A stretch of 64,000 nucleotides of DNA from Patescibacteria group bacterium (GCA_023379265.1 JAMCUI010000004.1:9273-73272), one strand, 5' to 3'; positions 50,613 through 60,332 are shown, counted from the stretch's first letter. Program-made: numbers and translations. Notes: generated by a model from the letters alone, not told the origin.

Positions 50613-51889
50613 AAAATAAGGTCTATCTCCCCCAAAGCTCCGTTTCTGTGCTTGGCGATTAGAAGCTTGACTATCTGATGATCCCATTTCTCCAACTCTT
50701 GCTCCTCACGGTATAGAAACATCACTACATCTGCATCCTGCTCTATGGCACCTGACTCACGAAGATCCGCCAACTGCGGCACCTTCGTACCTCTTGCTTC
50801 AACAGCACGTGAAAGCTGGGAAACAGCAAGTACCGGAATCTTTAATTCCCTGGCAAGATTTTTTAAGGATTGTGACACTATCGATACTTCCTGCACCCTA
50901 TTATCATACCGGCGGCCGGGGTCTACCAGCTGCAGATAGTCAACAATAAGAAGTTTCACGTTGTGACTTACCTGAAGCCGACGGGCCTTAGTCCTCATTT
51001 CAAAAAGATTTATACCCGGCGTATCATCAATAAAAATTGGCGCTTCGGATAGCTCCCCCATCGCTTCTGAAAGCCTAGTAAAATCATCATCATTTAGTCT
51101 GCCGGTTTTCAGCCTCCAGGCATCTACATCAGCCTGCGCTACAAGTAACCTATCTACTAACTCTTCCTTGCTCATCTCCAAAGAAAATATGCCGACAGCC
51201 TGCTTTTGCGCCAGCGAAACGTACTGGGCAATATTTAGGACAAAAGCTGTTTTTCCTTGTCCTGGACGGGCGGCTAGTATCACCAGGTTGGAATCCTGCA
51301 GTCCAGCCAATTTGTTGTCTAAATCGGAAAATCCTGTAGGCACGCCCCGAAGTGATGAACCTCTCTTGTGCAATTCATCCAGCCTGTCAAAGCTTTCCGC
51401 CAGCGCATCCTTCACCTGTACAAAATCCTGTCTTGATCTTTTCAGAGCAATGGACAATATGTCGCTCTCTGCTTTATCAAGAAGCATCTTTACATCCGAC
51501 TGGTCACCAAAAGCAGACTCACTTATCCTGCCTGAACTTTCGATGAGACGCCGCTTGACATAGTTATCCGTCACTATATTGCTGTATACCTCAATATTGG
51601 CAGAAGTGGGTACGACATTGGTCAGATCTGTCAGGTATGCTGTGCCTCCAACATCCTTGTATTTGCCCATTTTTTTCAGTTGTGAGGTAACAGTGACGAT
51701 ATCAACCGGCTCATGCCGCTCAAAAAGAGCCATCATCGCGGCATAAATATGATTGTGTGCATCCTTATAAAAAAATTCCGGCCTGAGGAAATCAACCACA
51801 TCTGCCAAAGCGTCTTTATCAATAAGTATGGCACCCAACACACTGGCTTCTGCCTGCTCATCATGAGGGGGTATTCTTGCTTCAGCCAT
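50549..51889 (-). CDS. dnaB: replicative DNA helicase DnaB
   Basis: Walker A ARPGQGKTAF, Walker B LLIVDYLQL, and DnaB N-terminal domain ILGAILID. Confidence 0.9.
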   Translation of the reverse strand: MAEARIPPHDEQAEASVLGAILIDKDALADVVDFLRPEFFYKDAHNHIYAAMMALFERHEPVDIVTVTSQLKKMGKYKDVGGTAYLTDLTNVVPTSANIEVYSNIVTDNYVKRRLIESSGRISESAFGDQSDVKMLLDKAESDILSIALKRSRQDFVQVKDALAESFDRLDELHKRGSSLRGVPTGFSDLDNKLAGLQDSNLVILAARPGQGKTAFVLNIAQYVSLAQKQAVGIFSLEMSKEELVDRLLVAQADVDAWRLKTGRLNDDDFTRLSEAMGELSEAPIFIDDTPGINLFEMRTKARRLQVSHNVKLLIVDYLQLVDPGRRYDNRVQEVSIVSQSLKNLARELKIPVLAVSQLSRAVEARGTKVPQLADLRESGAIEQDADVVMFLYREEQELEKWDHQIVKLLIAKHRNGALGEIDLIFKGDRIRFYSMEKTAETEQSA

Positions 51890-52075
51890 AGTTCAACTCC
51901 AGTGGAAATTTAACTAAAATTAAAAACTGCTCATCATGAGGGGGTATTCTTGCTTCAGCCATAGTTCAACTCCAGTGGAAATTTAACTAAAATTAAAAAC
52001 TGCTCATCATGAGGAGGTATTCTTGCTTCAGCCATAGTTCAACTCCAGTGGAAATTTAACTAAAATTAAAAACTG
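51854..52075. repeat. 73-bp tandem repeat x3 covering the dnaB 5' end (start codon plus the first 12 codons plus 5'UTR)
   Basis: Unit starts at 51854, 51927 and 52000. The third copy has a GGGGG to GGAGG change. Confidence 0.9.
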
Positions 52076-52087
52076 CTGTTTTGACGT

Positions 52088-52111
52088 TTGAGTTTTGAGA
52101 TTTGAGATTTT
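52088..52111. repeat. imperfect heptamer repeat (TTTGAGA-like x3.5), the same motif as in the pilin leader at 14545
   Basis: tttgagttttgagatttgagatttt read directly. Confidence 0.7.
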
Positions 52112-52113
52112 AA

Positions 52114-52758
52114 TTATTCCATTACCACCACTGTCATTTCTGACGGTAATTTATCTTTTGTCACCAAAAGCTTCGGCACCGGCGCCAGATTCTCCTTACC
52201 CATCTGTTTGAGAAATACATCAAGAGTCGCCACCTTGGCAAATGACTCAGCTTTATGGCTTTCAGTCCTGTAATGCATAGGTATCACTATATCAGGCTCT
52301 ACTTGGGAAACCACCTCAGAGGCAATATCGGCAGATATGGTATAATAGCCACCCACCGGAATTAAAAGCACATTTACCCCATCCAGGGCGTCAAGAGTCT
52401 TATCATCCAGCTTATGTCCCAAATCACCAAGATGCACAATATAAATGCCGTCTATCTCAATCCGATAAATTGTATTCAGTCCCCTTTCACTGCCTTTTGA
52501 TTGGTCATGGTAAGTGGAAAGCCCGAATATCTTGATCCCTTTGGACTCATATTCACCCGGGCCGGAAATAATAAGAGGATCTCCTTCTACACCCTCTCCC
52601 CAACTGTGGTCTGCATGTCCATGTGAAATTGTGACTATGTCTGCTGCCACTTTGGGAAATTTCATCCCTGTCTTTTCAGGGTTATAAGGATCAGTGACAA
52701 CTACAGCTGATCTACCGCGTAACTTAAAAGACGAATGGCCTAAATATGTAATCTCCAT
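52114..52758 (-). CDS. MBL-fold metallo-hydrolase
   Basis: HGHADHSWG motif and downstream His/Asp ligands. Confidence 0.8.
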   Translation of the reverse strand: MEITYLGHSSFKLRGRSAVVVTDPYNPEKTGMKFPKVAADIVTISHGHADHSWGEGVEGDPLIISGPGEYESKGIKIFGLSTYHDQSKGSERGLNTIYRIEIDGIYIVHLGDLGHKLDDKTLDALDGVNVLLIPVGGYYTISADIASEVVSQVEPDIVIPMHYRTESHKAESFAKVATLDVFLKQMGKENLAPVPKLLVTKDKLPSEMTVVVME

Positions 52759-52872
52759 TGTGTTTTATTGAATTAATTATTCTGAATTTGGTAAATCAAT
52801 TTTTAACACTTTTACCATATCTTGACAAGGGGTATAATTGGAAATTAAGATTGGAATATTATTCCCAAACTT

Positions 52873-53304
52873 ATGAAAAGGGACATTGTTATCGCCCTCG
52901 TAATAGGCTTTTTTATCGGATGTGCCACGGCACTCACCGCTGTCAATCTGCCCAATATCGTCAAAGGCAGACTTACATTATCATCAAATAAGTTATCGCT
53001 CGTTTCCCCAAGTCCGGCAGTAAACATAGAAAAACCAAACCAGCTGGCCATCTCAACTCCCAAAGATAAAAGCGTTTCGGATGAAAAAACAGTCAGCATT
53101 GAAGGGAAAACAAAACCCGGTTCCGTAGTGCTTATGGAAAGCAGTCTTGACAGTAAAGCTTTTGAGGCCACAGGGGATGGAAGCTTCAAAAACACCATGC
53201 CCCTTACTGACGGCGCAAACAATATTTATGTCACGTCTTATGATAAAAACGGGGAAAACGCGGCACAGGAATTAACAATTTTTTACACGAGCCAAAATTT
53301 ATGA
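52873..53304 (+). CDS. hypothetical secreted protein (Ig-like domain?)
   Basis: N-terminal signal/anchor. No motif recognised. Confidence 0.45.
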   Translation: MKRDIVIALVIGFFIGCATALTAVNLPNIVKGRLTLSSNKLSLVSPSPAVNIEKPNQLAISTPKDKSVSDEKTVSIEGKTKPGSVVLMESSLDSKAFEATGDGSFKNTMPLTDGANNIYVTSYDKNGENAAQELTIFYTSQNL

Positions 53305-54113
53305 GATTTCGCCTGACTACCATCTTTATATCTATTTTTACAGTTTCCGTACTCTTCTTTATCCGTGCCGGCTATGTGAAATCTGCCAGCCCTACCCCAA
53401 CTGATGTTTCCCCCAGTCCTAATTCTGATTCTGTCGCTGATACTATCTCTTCTGATTCAGCCAACCTACTTGATAAGCTGAAGAAAATTGAGATATTAAA
53501 AGATAAAATTGCCACCAAAGTCGCCCAGCTTAGAGCCAATGAAAAAGGCGGGGTCACTGGAACAGTCAAATCAATAAGTGATACCACTATTACTGTCAAA
53601 ACCGATAAAGGTGACTTTCCCGTAAGCTATGCCAGTGATGCCACTTTTTACGATCTGACGACATCCGCCCAAGACAACCAAATAAGTATAAAGAAAATCA
53701 GCGTGGGTGATGAAATTACAGCCCTTGGTTATTTTGATGACACCAAATCAACACTTTCTGGGAAGTATATTTACATTGAAACGTCCGGAGTGCATAGCGT
53801 GGGCAAAATTGCAGATATAGACAAATCAAACTATACTGTCACGATAAAAGAACCTGAGGGCAATATCACTGTCGATATTGAAACTTATACTAAAATATAT
53901 TCATATACCCCGGATAAAGGTTTTATAAAAAGCGGATTTTCCAAACTGCAAATAGGAGATATCGCCCAGACTGTCGGCACTCCCAACGCCAAGGAGCAAA
54001 ACCGCATGTCGGCAATAAGGATGATAACTATCTCGTTACCTACGACACAGATAAGCACCACTCCCCAAACAAGTCCTTCACCCACACCCACCCAGACTCC
54101 AAAGAAAAAATAA
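53301..54113 (+). CDS. hypothetical secreted or anchored protein with S/T/P-rich termini
   Basis: N-terminal TM. C-terminal TTPQTSPSPTPTQTPKKK. Confidence 0.45.
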   Translation: MRFRLTTIFISIFTVSVLFFIRAGYVKSASPTPTDVSPSPNSDSVADTISSDSANLLDKLKKIEILKDKIATKVAQLRANEKGGVTGTVKSISDTTITVKTDKGDFPVSYASDATFYDLTTSAQDNQISIKKISVGDEITALGYFDDTKSTLSGKYIYIETSGVHSVGKIADIDKSNYTVTIKEPEGNITVDIETYTKIYSYTPDKGFIKSGFSKLQIGDIAQTVGTPNAKEQNRMSAIRMITISLPTTQISTTPQTSPSPTPTQTPKKK

Positions 54114-54116
54114 CTC

Positions 54117-54932
54117 CTATGGCATTGCCAATAAATTCAATAATTTTCCGTGAAGTACAGGATTGGCAGCCAAAATCCCCGGTGTGAAGGCGTCCCATGC
54201 TCTTCCCTTCTCGTCTGTCACCACTGCCCCTGCCTTTTGCGCCAAAAATGCCGCGGCTGCCACATCCCACGGGTAAAGATGTACATGGTGGTATATATCC
54301 ACTCCACCGCGGGCTAAAAGCGTCAAATCCGTCGCCGCAGAACCCAATATTTTTATCTGCCTCACTTCACCGTAAACTTTATGCAAAAAATCAGTGGTTT
54401 CATCCCTGGTAGACAAAATATGTGACCAATCGGTGCAAACAATTGACTCAGACAGCTCGTTTACGGGTGAAACGTGTATATTTCTGCCATTCCAAAAAGC
54501 ACCGTCTTTACCATCCCTTGCCCAAAACAGCCTGCTTGATATCGGCGCAAAAAGTGCACCCACTATAGGCTTACCTTTTGATACCAAAGCAACGGAAATG
54601 GAAAAATTACTGTCTCCCCGGGCAAAATTGGCCGTCCCGTCCAAAGGGTCCACTACCCACAAATATTCTTCTGAAAGAAGCGGCATAAAATCAGCCGGTG
54701 CCGTCTCTTCCGTAAGAACGGGAATACCCGGATAATTTTTCGAAAGCTCACTCCTTATAAAATTATCTGCGGACAAATCAGCTGCCGTGACAAAATCCAG
54801 TTTCCCCTTCTTGCGGCTTTCAAGATTCTCTGAGTGGAAATACCTGCGCAGTATCTGTCCTGCCCTGGGCAACATATTTTGCAGAAAATTCTCTACGCTG
54901 GGCAAATCGATATCTTTTTCAGGTTTGGTCAT
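54117..54932 (-). CDS. inositol monophosphatase-family protein (SuhB/CysQ-like)
   Basis: VVDPLDGTANFARG metal-binding motif. Confidence 0.85.
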   Translation of the reverse strand: MTKPEKDIDLPSVENFLQNMLPRAGQILRRYFHSENLESRKKGKLDFVTAADLSADNFIRSELSKNYPGIPVLTEETAPADFMPLLSEEYLWVVDPLDGTANFARGDSNFSISVALVSKGKPIVGALFAPISSRLFWARDGKDGAFWNGRNIHVSPVNELSESIVCTDWSHILSTRDETTDFLHKVYGEVRQIKILGSAATDLTLLARGGVDIYHHVHLYPWDVAAAAFLAQKAGAVVTDEKGRAWDAFTPGILAANPVLHGKLLNLLAMP

Positions 54933-55078
54933 ATACCGTCAATCTTTTCTCTGATAAAATAAAACCTGATTTCATTATAACTTATACTTCTCGCGTTTGA
55001 GACTGCGATCAGTATAAACCTCTCCAAGTTGATTTCCGGGAAATAAATTCGCAAAATCAACGAAGACGATATATCTTT

Positions 55079-56161
55079 ATGAAAGAAAGATTGGACAGGC
55101 TCAGGCGTATTCTCATCGTAGAAAAGCTTGGTGCTCTTTTTGTCACCGATCAGGCAAATGTCACTTATCTTACTGGCTTTGCCGGGCTTTCCCCGCATGA
55201 ACGGGAGGGTTTCCTTTTCGTCACAAAAAAAGATGCATATTTATTGACTTTCCCTACATACTTTGGCCTATATAAAAAGGGTTCAGACAGTTTCAAAACA
55301 GTAAATATTACTCCCGTACATAGACTGACCGACTACCTAAATGAAATTACTCAAGGCCAAAAAATAAAACATGTTGGGGTGGAAAAAGAAAACCTGACAC
55401 TGTCCGAAATGGAATCGCTTAAGGCAAAAACTGAATTTGAATTCCGGGAAACCGCCGGCCTGGTCGAGAAGTTGCGAGAAATAAAGGATGAAGAAGAAAT
55501 CGGTTATATCAGCCAGGCGGCAGCGATAACGGATGACGCTTTTGAGTTTATCAAGACAAAAATAAGAAAAGGCGTTACCGAACACGGATTGGCGCTCGAG
55601 TTGGAATTTTTTATAAAGAAAAAGGCAGACGACATCGCCTTTTCCCCCATCGTGGCGTTTGACGAGAATGCGGCAATCCCACACTATCTTCCAAACAAAA
55701 AACAAATAACAAATAACAATTTAATACTTTTAGATTTTGGAGCTAAGATACACGGTTATTGCTCTGACATGACACGAGTAGTCTTTTGGGGAAGTCCCAA
55801 AAACGATAAAATAGTCACAATTTTCCAAACAGTTCTTTCAGCGCAAGAGGCGGTTATGTCGCATCTGAGAATCGGTAAAACTGGCCATGAAATAGATATC
55901 ATTGCCAAAGAGATAATAAAAAATGCCGGATTTCCCGAGTATTTGCACGGATTGGGACACGGAGTGGGATTAAACATCCATGAAGCCCCCAGGCTGAAAA
56001 AGGACAGTCCTGACATTATGACAAAAAACATGGTCGTGACTGTGGAACCGGGCATTTATATAGAAGGCTTTGCTGGCACAAGAATTGAAGATTTGGTAGT
56101 ATTAAAGGAAGACGGAATTGAAATATTGTCCAAGTCGGATAAAACGTTACAGATAATATGA
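55079..56161 (+). CDS. M24-family Xaa-Pro aminopeptidase / prolidase
   Basis: HGLGHGVGLNIHEAP and the pita-bread-fold metal ligands. Confidence 0.85.
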   Translation: MKERLDRLRRILIVEKLGALFVTDQANVTYLTGFAGLSPHEREGFLFVTKKDAYLLTFPTYFGLYKKGSDSFKTVNITPVHRLTDYLNEITQGQKIKHVGVEKENLTLSEMESLKAKTEFEFRETAGLVEKLREIKDEEEIGYISQAAAITDDAFEFIKTKIRKGVTEHGLALELEFFIKKKADDIAFSPIVAFDENAAIPHYLPNKKQITNNNLILLDFGAKIHGYCSDMTRVVFWGSPKNDKIVTIFQTVLSAQEAVMSHLRIGKTGHEIDIIAKEIIKNAGFPEYLHGLGHGVGLNIHEAPRLKKDSPDIMTKNMVVTVEPGIYIEGFAGTRIEDLVVLKEDGIEILSKSDKTLQII

Positions 56162-57366
56162 TTACTCCACAGACATTAAAAGGCTTCCGTGACTTTCTGC
56201 CTGAGGAAGCGATGAAACGCCAGTATGTCATCGATATCATAAGGCGCACTTTTGAGCTTTACGGTTTTGAACCGGTAGAGACTCCGGCTATAGAATATAT
56301 TGAGGTCTTTACGGGCAACATCGGCGAAGATGAGAAGCTTTTTTACCGGTTTACAGACACTGGAGGACGCAAAGTGGCTCTTCGCTACGACCAGACTGTT
56401 CCTACCTGCCGGCTTATTGCCCAGTATCCTGATAAAATCACTTTGCCTTTCAAAAGATACCAAATACAGACTGTCTGGCGTTCCGAGAAACCGCAAAAAG
56501 GCAGATCCCGAGAATTTCTACAGTGTGATGCCGATATTTTTGGAATTGATGACCGCACAGCAGACGCTGAAACAGTGGCTTTGACAATAGATATTTATAA
56601 GAATCTGGGATTTAAGAAACCCATCGCTGTCATAAATGACCGGGATTTGTATGCTGGCATACCGTACAAAGCAATCGTGGCAATAGATAAACTTGAAAAA
56701 ATCGGCGAAGAAGGAGTAATTAGCGAACTGGAAAATAAAGGTTACACAAAAGATGATGCCGTCAAAATCTTAAATTCCGTAAAAAATAATCAGCCCAACG
56801 AGCGCCTCAATCAGATATTCAGATATCTTGATAATTACGGAATGAAAGACAATTACCGTTTCCAGCCCACGCTTGCTCGCTCATTTTCCTATTCTAACGG
56901 GACTATCTGGGAAATTATAGTTGAAGAATTTGACGCCGGATCCTTGTGTGGCTGTGAACGTTTTGACAGCTTAGTTTCAAGGTTTTCCAAGAAATCAGTT
57001 CCGGGAGTAGGTTTTGCCGTAGGATTTGACCGTACAGTCCTTGCTATGGAGGAAATGGGGCTTCTGCCCGCCATAAAAACCAGATCAAAAGTACTCGTCA
57101 CGGTATTTTCCAAAGACCTTTTGCCTTCATCCCAAAATTTTGCTAAAAAATTAAGATCGGCCGGCATAAATACCGATTTATTTTCCGACCCCAACACCAG
57201 ACTGGATAAGCAACTCAAACACGCAGATAAAAAAGGAGTGCAGTTTGTAGCTATCATAGGACCTGATGAGGCAAAAGAAAACAAAGTCACAGTCAAAAAC
57301 CTGCCAACGCGTGAGCAGAAAACGCTTTCACCATCCGATGCCATCACTTTTATACAAAAGTCATAA
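56158..57366 (+). CDS. hisS: histidine--tRNA ligase
   Basis: Class II motifs: KGFRDFLPEE, RYDQTVP, FKRYQIQTVWRSEKPQKGRSREFLQCDADIFG. Confidence 0.85.
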   Translation: MITPQTLKGFRDFLPEEAMKRQYVIDIIRRTFELYGFEPVETPAIEYIEVFTGNIGEDEKLFYRFTDTGGRKVALRYDQTVPTCRLIAQYPDKITLPFKRYQIQTVWRSEKPQKGRSREFLQCDADIFGIDDRTADAETVALTIDIYKNLGFKKPIAVINDRDLYAGIPYKAIVAIDKLEKIGEEGVISELENKGYTKDDAVKILNSVKNNQPNERLNQIFRYLDNYGMKDNYRFQPTLARSFSYSNGTIWEIIVEEFDAGSLCGCERFDSLVSRFSKKSVPGVGFAVGFDRTVLAMEEMGLLPAIKTRSKVLVTVFSKDLLPSSQNFAKKLRSAGINTDLFSDPNTRLDKQLKHADKKGVQFVAIIGPDEAKENKVTVKNLPTREQKTLSPSDAITFIQKS

Positions 57367-57367
57367 T

Positions 57368-58324
57368 ATGCTTTATGACTTCTCTAAAACCGTCCAAACA
57401 AAGACAATGCAGAAAATCTTATCCAAAAGTCATAATAGGGCGATCCTTGCTCTTATTGTCGCCAACAGTATCTGGGGTGCCGCCTCTCCTATATTCAAAC
57501 TGGCTCTTGAAAATATCCCGCCTTTTACCCTTGCTTTTTTCCGTTTTTTCGGCGCCATGGCAATCATTTTCCCTTTTGCCGTAAACGACTTCTGGATAAG
57601 GAAAAAAGACTGGCCCAACCTCATCTTCCTTTCCCTTTGCGGCATCACGGTAAACATCACTTTCTTCTTCTGGGGACTGCAGGAGGCTCCGGCTATAAAT
57701 GCGCCGATTATAGCTTCCTCTGGACCAGTATTTATATACCTTTTTGCAGTATTGTTTCTCAAAGAAAAACTCCACCCCAAAGTATTATCAGGAATAATGG
57801 TTGGCCTTACCGGAGTTCTAGCTATCGTCCTGCAACCAGTATTTACCCATGAGCCTGACGGGCGGATCCTGGGAAACATTTTCTTCGTCATTGCCACTCT
57901 GGGTACAGTAGGATATGTCATTTTCAGCAAAAAAATTGTGAAGTATTATAATGCTGCCACGCTCACTTTCTGGTCGTTTCTTATCGGCAGCCTGACGTTT
58001 TTACCCATGTTTATATGGGAAATGAGAAACCTCCATCCCTTTTACACGATCGATTACCGCGGTTGGATTGGCCTGGCCTTTGGCATATTCCTCTCCTCCG
58101 CTTTAGCTTATTTCCTTTATGAATGGAGTATAAAAAGTCTCCTAGCCCAGGACGTGGGAATATTTACATATATCGATCCGGTTGTGGCGGCAATTATTGC
58201 GGTACCACTATTGGGAGAAGTCATCACACCAATTTACCTCCTGGGATCATTTCTTGTCTTTGCCGGCATCTATGTAGCCGGGGGCCGTCTGCACTGGCAC
58301 CCGATACATTGGTTAAAGAGGTGA
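57368..58324 (+). CDS. DMT-superfamily (EamA-like) transporter
   Basis: 10 TM helices in two EamA-like halves. Start is taken at the ATG just after the hisS stop. Confidence 0.7.
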   Translation: MLYDFSKTVQTKTMQKILSKSHNRAILALIVANSIWGAASPIFKLALENIPPFTLAFFRFFGAMAIIFPFAVNDFWIRKKDWPNLIFLSLCGITVNITFFFWGLQEAPAINAPIIASSGPVFIYLFAVLFLKEKLHPKVLSGIMVGLTGVLAIVLQPVFTHEPDGRILGNIFFVIATLGTVGYVIFSKKIVKYYNAATLTFWSFLIGSLTFLPMFIWEMRNLHPFYTIDYRGWIGLAFGIFLSSALAYFLYEWSIKSLLAQDVGIFTYIDPVVAAIIAVPLLGEVITPIYLLGSFLVFAGIYVAGGRLHWHPIHWLKR

Positions 58325-58464
58325 CTTCTGCTGCACTGGCACCCGATACATTGGTTAAAGAGGTGACTTCTGCTGCACTGGCACCCGATACATTGGTTAA
58401 AGAGGTGACTTCTGCTGCACTGGCACCCGATACATTGGTTAAAGAGGTGACTTCTGCTGCACTG
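58289..58464. repeat. 42-bp tandem repeat x4.2 whose first copy is the 3' end of the DMT transporter gene (…LHWHPIHWLKR*)
   Basis: Unit starts at 58289, 58331, 58373, 58415 and 58457. Copies are identical. Confidence 0.9.
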
Positions 58465-58507
58465 TGGCCCCACTTCATAAGTTTGTTGGATAACTGAAAT
58501 AAATTGA

Positions 58508-58715
58508 GCCGGAATGGTGGAATTCTGCTTTACTTCACAGCCTAATCGGCCGGAATGGTGGAAACCGGCCGATTGACTCGGTAAAAGCTAATCACCAACC
58601 TCTGATTTACAACGTTCGGGAACTGGCCGGAATGGTGGAAACCGGCCGATTGACTCGGTAAAAGCTAATCACCAACCTCTGATTTACAACGTTCGGGAAC
58701 TGGCCGGAATGGTGG
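58508..58715. repeat. 77-bp repeated hairpin element (stem GGCCGG / CCGGCC, loop aatggtggaaa) x2.2, plus a partial copy upstream
   Basis: Unit starts at 58548, 58625 and 58702, with a partial copy at 58508. Confidence 0.85.
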
Positions 58716-58773
58716 AAGCAGGCTCGATTGCTACTCTTCCCTTCCTGCAAAATAAATGGTATAATCTACTTTT

Positions 58774-59082
58774 ATGAAAGCTAGTATACATCCTAAATGG
58801 TATCCTGATGCCACAGTCGTTTGTGCCTGCGGTAATACTTTTACTGTAGGTTCAACCAAACAAGCTGTCAGGGTCGAAATCTGCCATAAATGCCATCCTT
58901 TCTTTACAGGAGAGATGAAGTATGTCGATACCATGGGAAGGGTGGAAAAATTCCAGGCCAAGCAAAAACAGGCACAAGCTCAAATAGCCGTACTCGCTGC
59001 CAAAAAGAAAAAGAAACTGGAAAAACAAGCCCAGGAAAGAACCCCAAAAACTCTGCGGGAAATGCTGTTGGGAAATGGTTAG
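58774..59082 (+). CDS. rpmE: 50S ribosomal protein L31
   Basis: [10 protein letters not shown] ... CxC ... [10 protein letters not shown] zinc-ribbon signature. Confidence 0.9.
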   Translation: MKASIHPKWYPDATVVCACGNTFTVGSTKQAVRVEICHKCHPFFTGEMKYVDTMGRVEKFQAKQKQAQAQIAVLAAKKKKKLEKQAQERTPKTLREMLLGNG

Positions 59083-59094
59083 ATTCGTATTAAA

Positions 59095-59190
59095 TTATTA
59101 GGTATTACGTATTAAGTATTGAATTAAGAGATAATTTTCCAAATACTTAATACTTGATACGTAATACTTAATACGATTTTTTTATTTATG
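59095..59190. terminator. long imperfect AT-rich palindrome built from gtattaagtattg / caatacttaatac units; a hairpin-capable element downstream of rpmE
   Basis: Inverted repeats read directly. Confidence 0.35.
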
Positions 59191-59255
59191 ATGTTGCAAT
59201 AATTGAAAGTTGGAGGAGCAGCAGTAGATACAAAAGTTAATTTTACTCACGGATT

Positions 59256-59640
59256 ATGAATAATGATATTGTTATATTAGAAATCCATGGGGCAACAGCT
59301 GACTCGGTCATTTTAGAAATCCATGGGGCAACAGCAGATATGTTAGTATAATTGTTTAACGGATTATGAATACTGACTCGGTCATTTTAGAAATCCATGG
59401 GGCAACAGCTGACTCGGTCATTTTAGAAATCCATGGGGCAACAGCTGACTCGGTCATTTTAGAAATCCATGGGGCAACAGCTGACTCGGTCATTTTAGAA
59501 ATCCATGGGGCAACAGCAGATATGTTAGTATAATTGTTTAACGGATTATGAATACTGACTCGGTCATTTTAGAAATCCATGGGGCAACAGCTGACTCGGT
59601 CATTTTAGAAATCCATGGGGCAACAGGTGGTGATGAAGCC
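59256..59640. repeat. nested tandem duplication of the release-factor gene 5' end. The outer unit is repeated 3 times and contains a 36-bp inner unit ([12 protein letters not shown]) present in 2, 4 and 2 copies
   Basis: Inner-unit starts at 59265 (variant), 59301, 59375, 59411, 59447, 59483, 59557 and 59593. Upstream mini-ORFs are 59256-59351 and 59366-59533. Confidence 0.9.
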
Positions 59641-60285
59641 AATATATGGGCTGCTGACCTCTTACGCATGTATATGCGTTTTGCCGCTTCCCGCAGCTGG
59701 AAGGTAGATTATCTGGACGGGGAAGTAATAAGAATAAAAGGCCCGCAGGCCTATACCCTTCTTCAGTTTGAAGGAGGAGTACATAGAGTACAAAGAATCC
59801 CCAAGACAGAAAGATATGGCAGAATTCATACTTCAACAGCCACAGTAGCGGTCTTACCGGAAATTGAAGAGACTCAAATTTATATAAACCCGCAGGATAT
59901 AGAATGGGACTTTTTCCGAAGCGGCGGACATGGCGGACAAAATGTCAACAAGGTCGCAACAGCAGTAAGGCTCAGACATAAACCTACTGGAATTGTGGTT
60001 TCTGCCCAAAGGGAGAGAAATCAGGAACAGAACCGCCGGATTGCCATGGGACTTCTTCGTTCCAAACTTTGGGAGATTGAAGAAGAGAAAAAAATGCAAA
60101 CACTGTCAAGCGCCAGATCCCTTATCGGCCGGGGTATGAGGGCTGAAAAAATAAGAACCTATAATTTTCCCCAAAACAGGGTAACTGATCACCGCATAAA
60201 CAAAAGCTGGCATAACCTGGAAGATATAGTCGAAGGGAAACTGGACAAGATGCTTTCTACTCTGTCTGAAGCCGCAAACCAATAA
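59548..60285 (+). CDS. prfA: class-I peptide chain release factor, RF1-like (PxT-type), lacking N-terminal domain 1
   Basis: [13 protein letters not shown]...[19 protein letters not shown] (PxT-type codon-recognition loop) and the GGQ motif [12 protein letters not shown]. An in-frame stop lies 6 codons upstream of the first copy of the start. Confidence 0.75.
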   Translation: MNTDSVILEIHGATADSVILEIHGATGGDEANIWAADLLRMYMRFAASRSWKVDYLDGEVIRIKGPQAYTLLQFEGGVHRVQRIPKTERYGRIHTSTATVAVLPEIEETQIYINPQDIEWDFFRSGGHGGQNVNKVATAVRLRHKPTGIVVSAQRERNQEQNRRIAMGLLRSKLWEIEEEKKMQTLSSARSLIGRGMRAEKIRTYNFPQNRVTDHRINKSWHNLEDIVEGKLDKMLSTLSEAANQ

Positions 60286-60332
60286 ATTTTTACTTTTATG
60301 CCATACCAATCCTACAGATTAATTTTACGGTT

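Noticed and set aside
52822-52845. TTGACA ... TATAAT promoter upstream of the 52873 gene
   Set aside because: The spacing between hexamers is only 5 nt, whereas 16-18 nt is needed. The match is coincidental.
58123-58497. 124-aa ORF reading through the 42-bp repeats (…APDTLVKEVTSAAL x4)
   Set aside because: It is a periodic translation of a tandem repeat in an alternative frame, overlapping the real transporter gene. It is not a gene.
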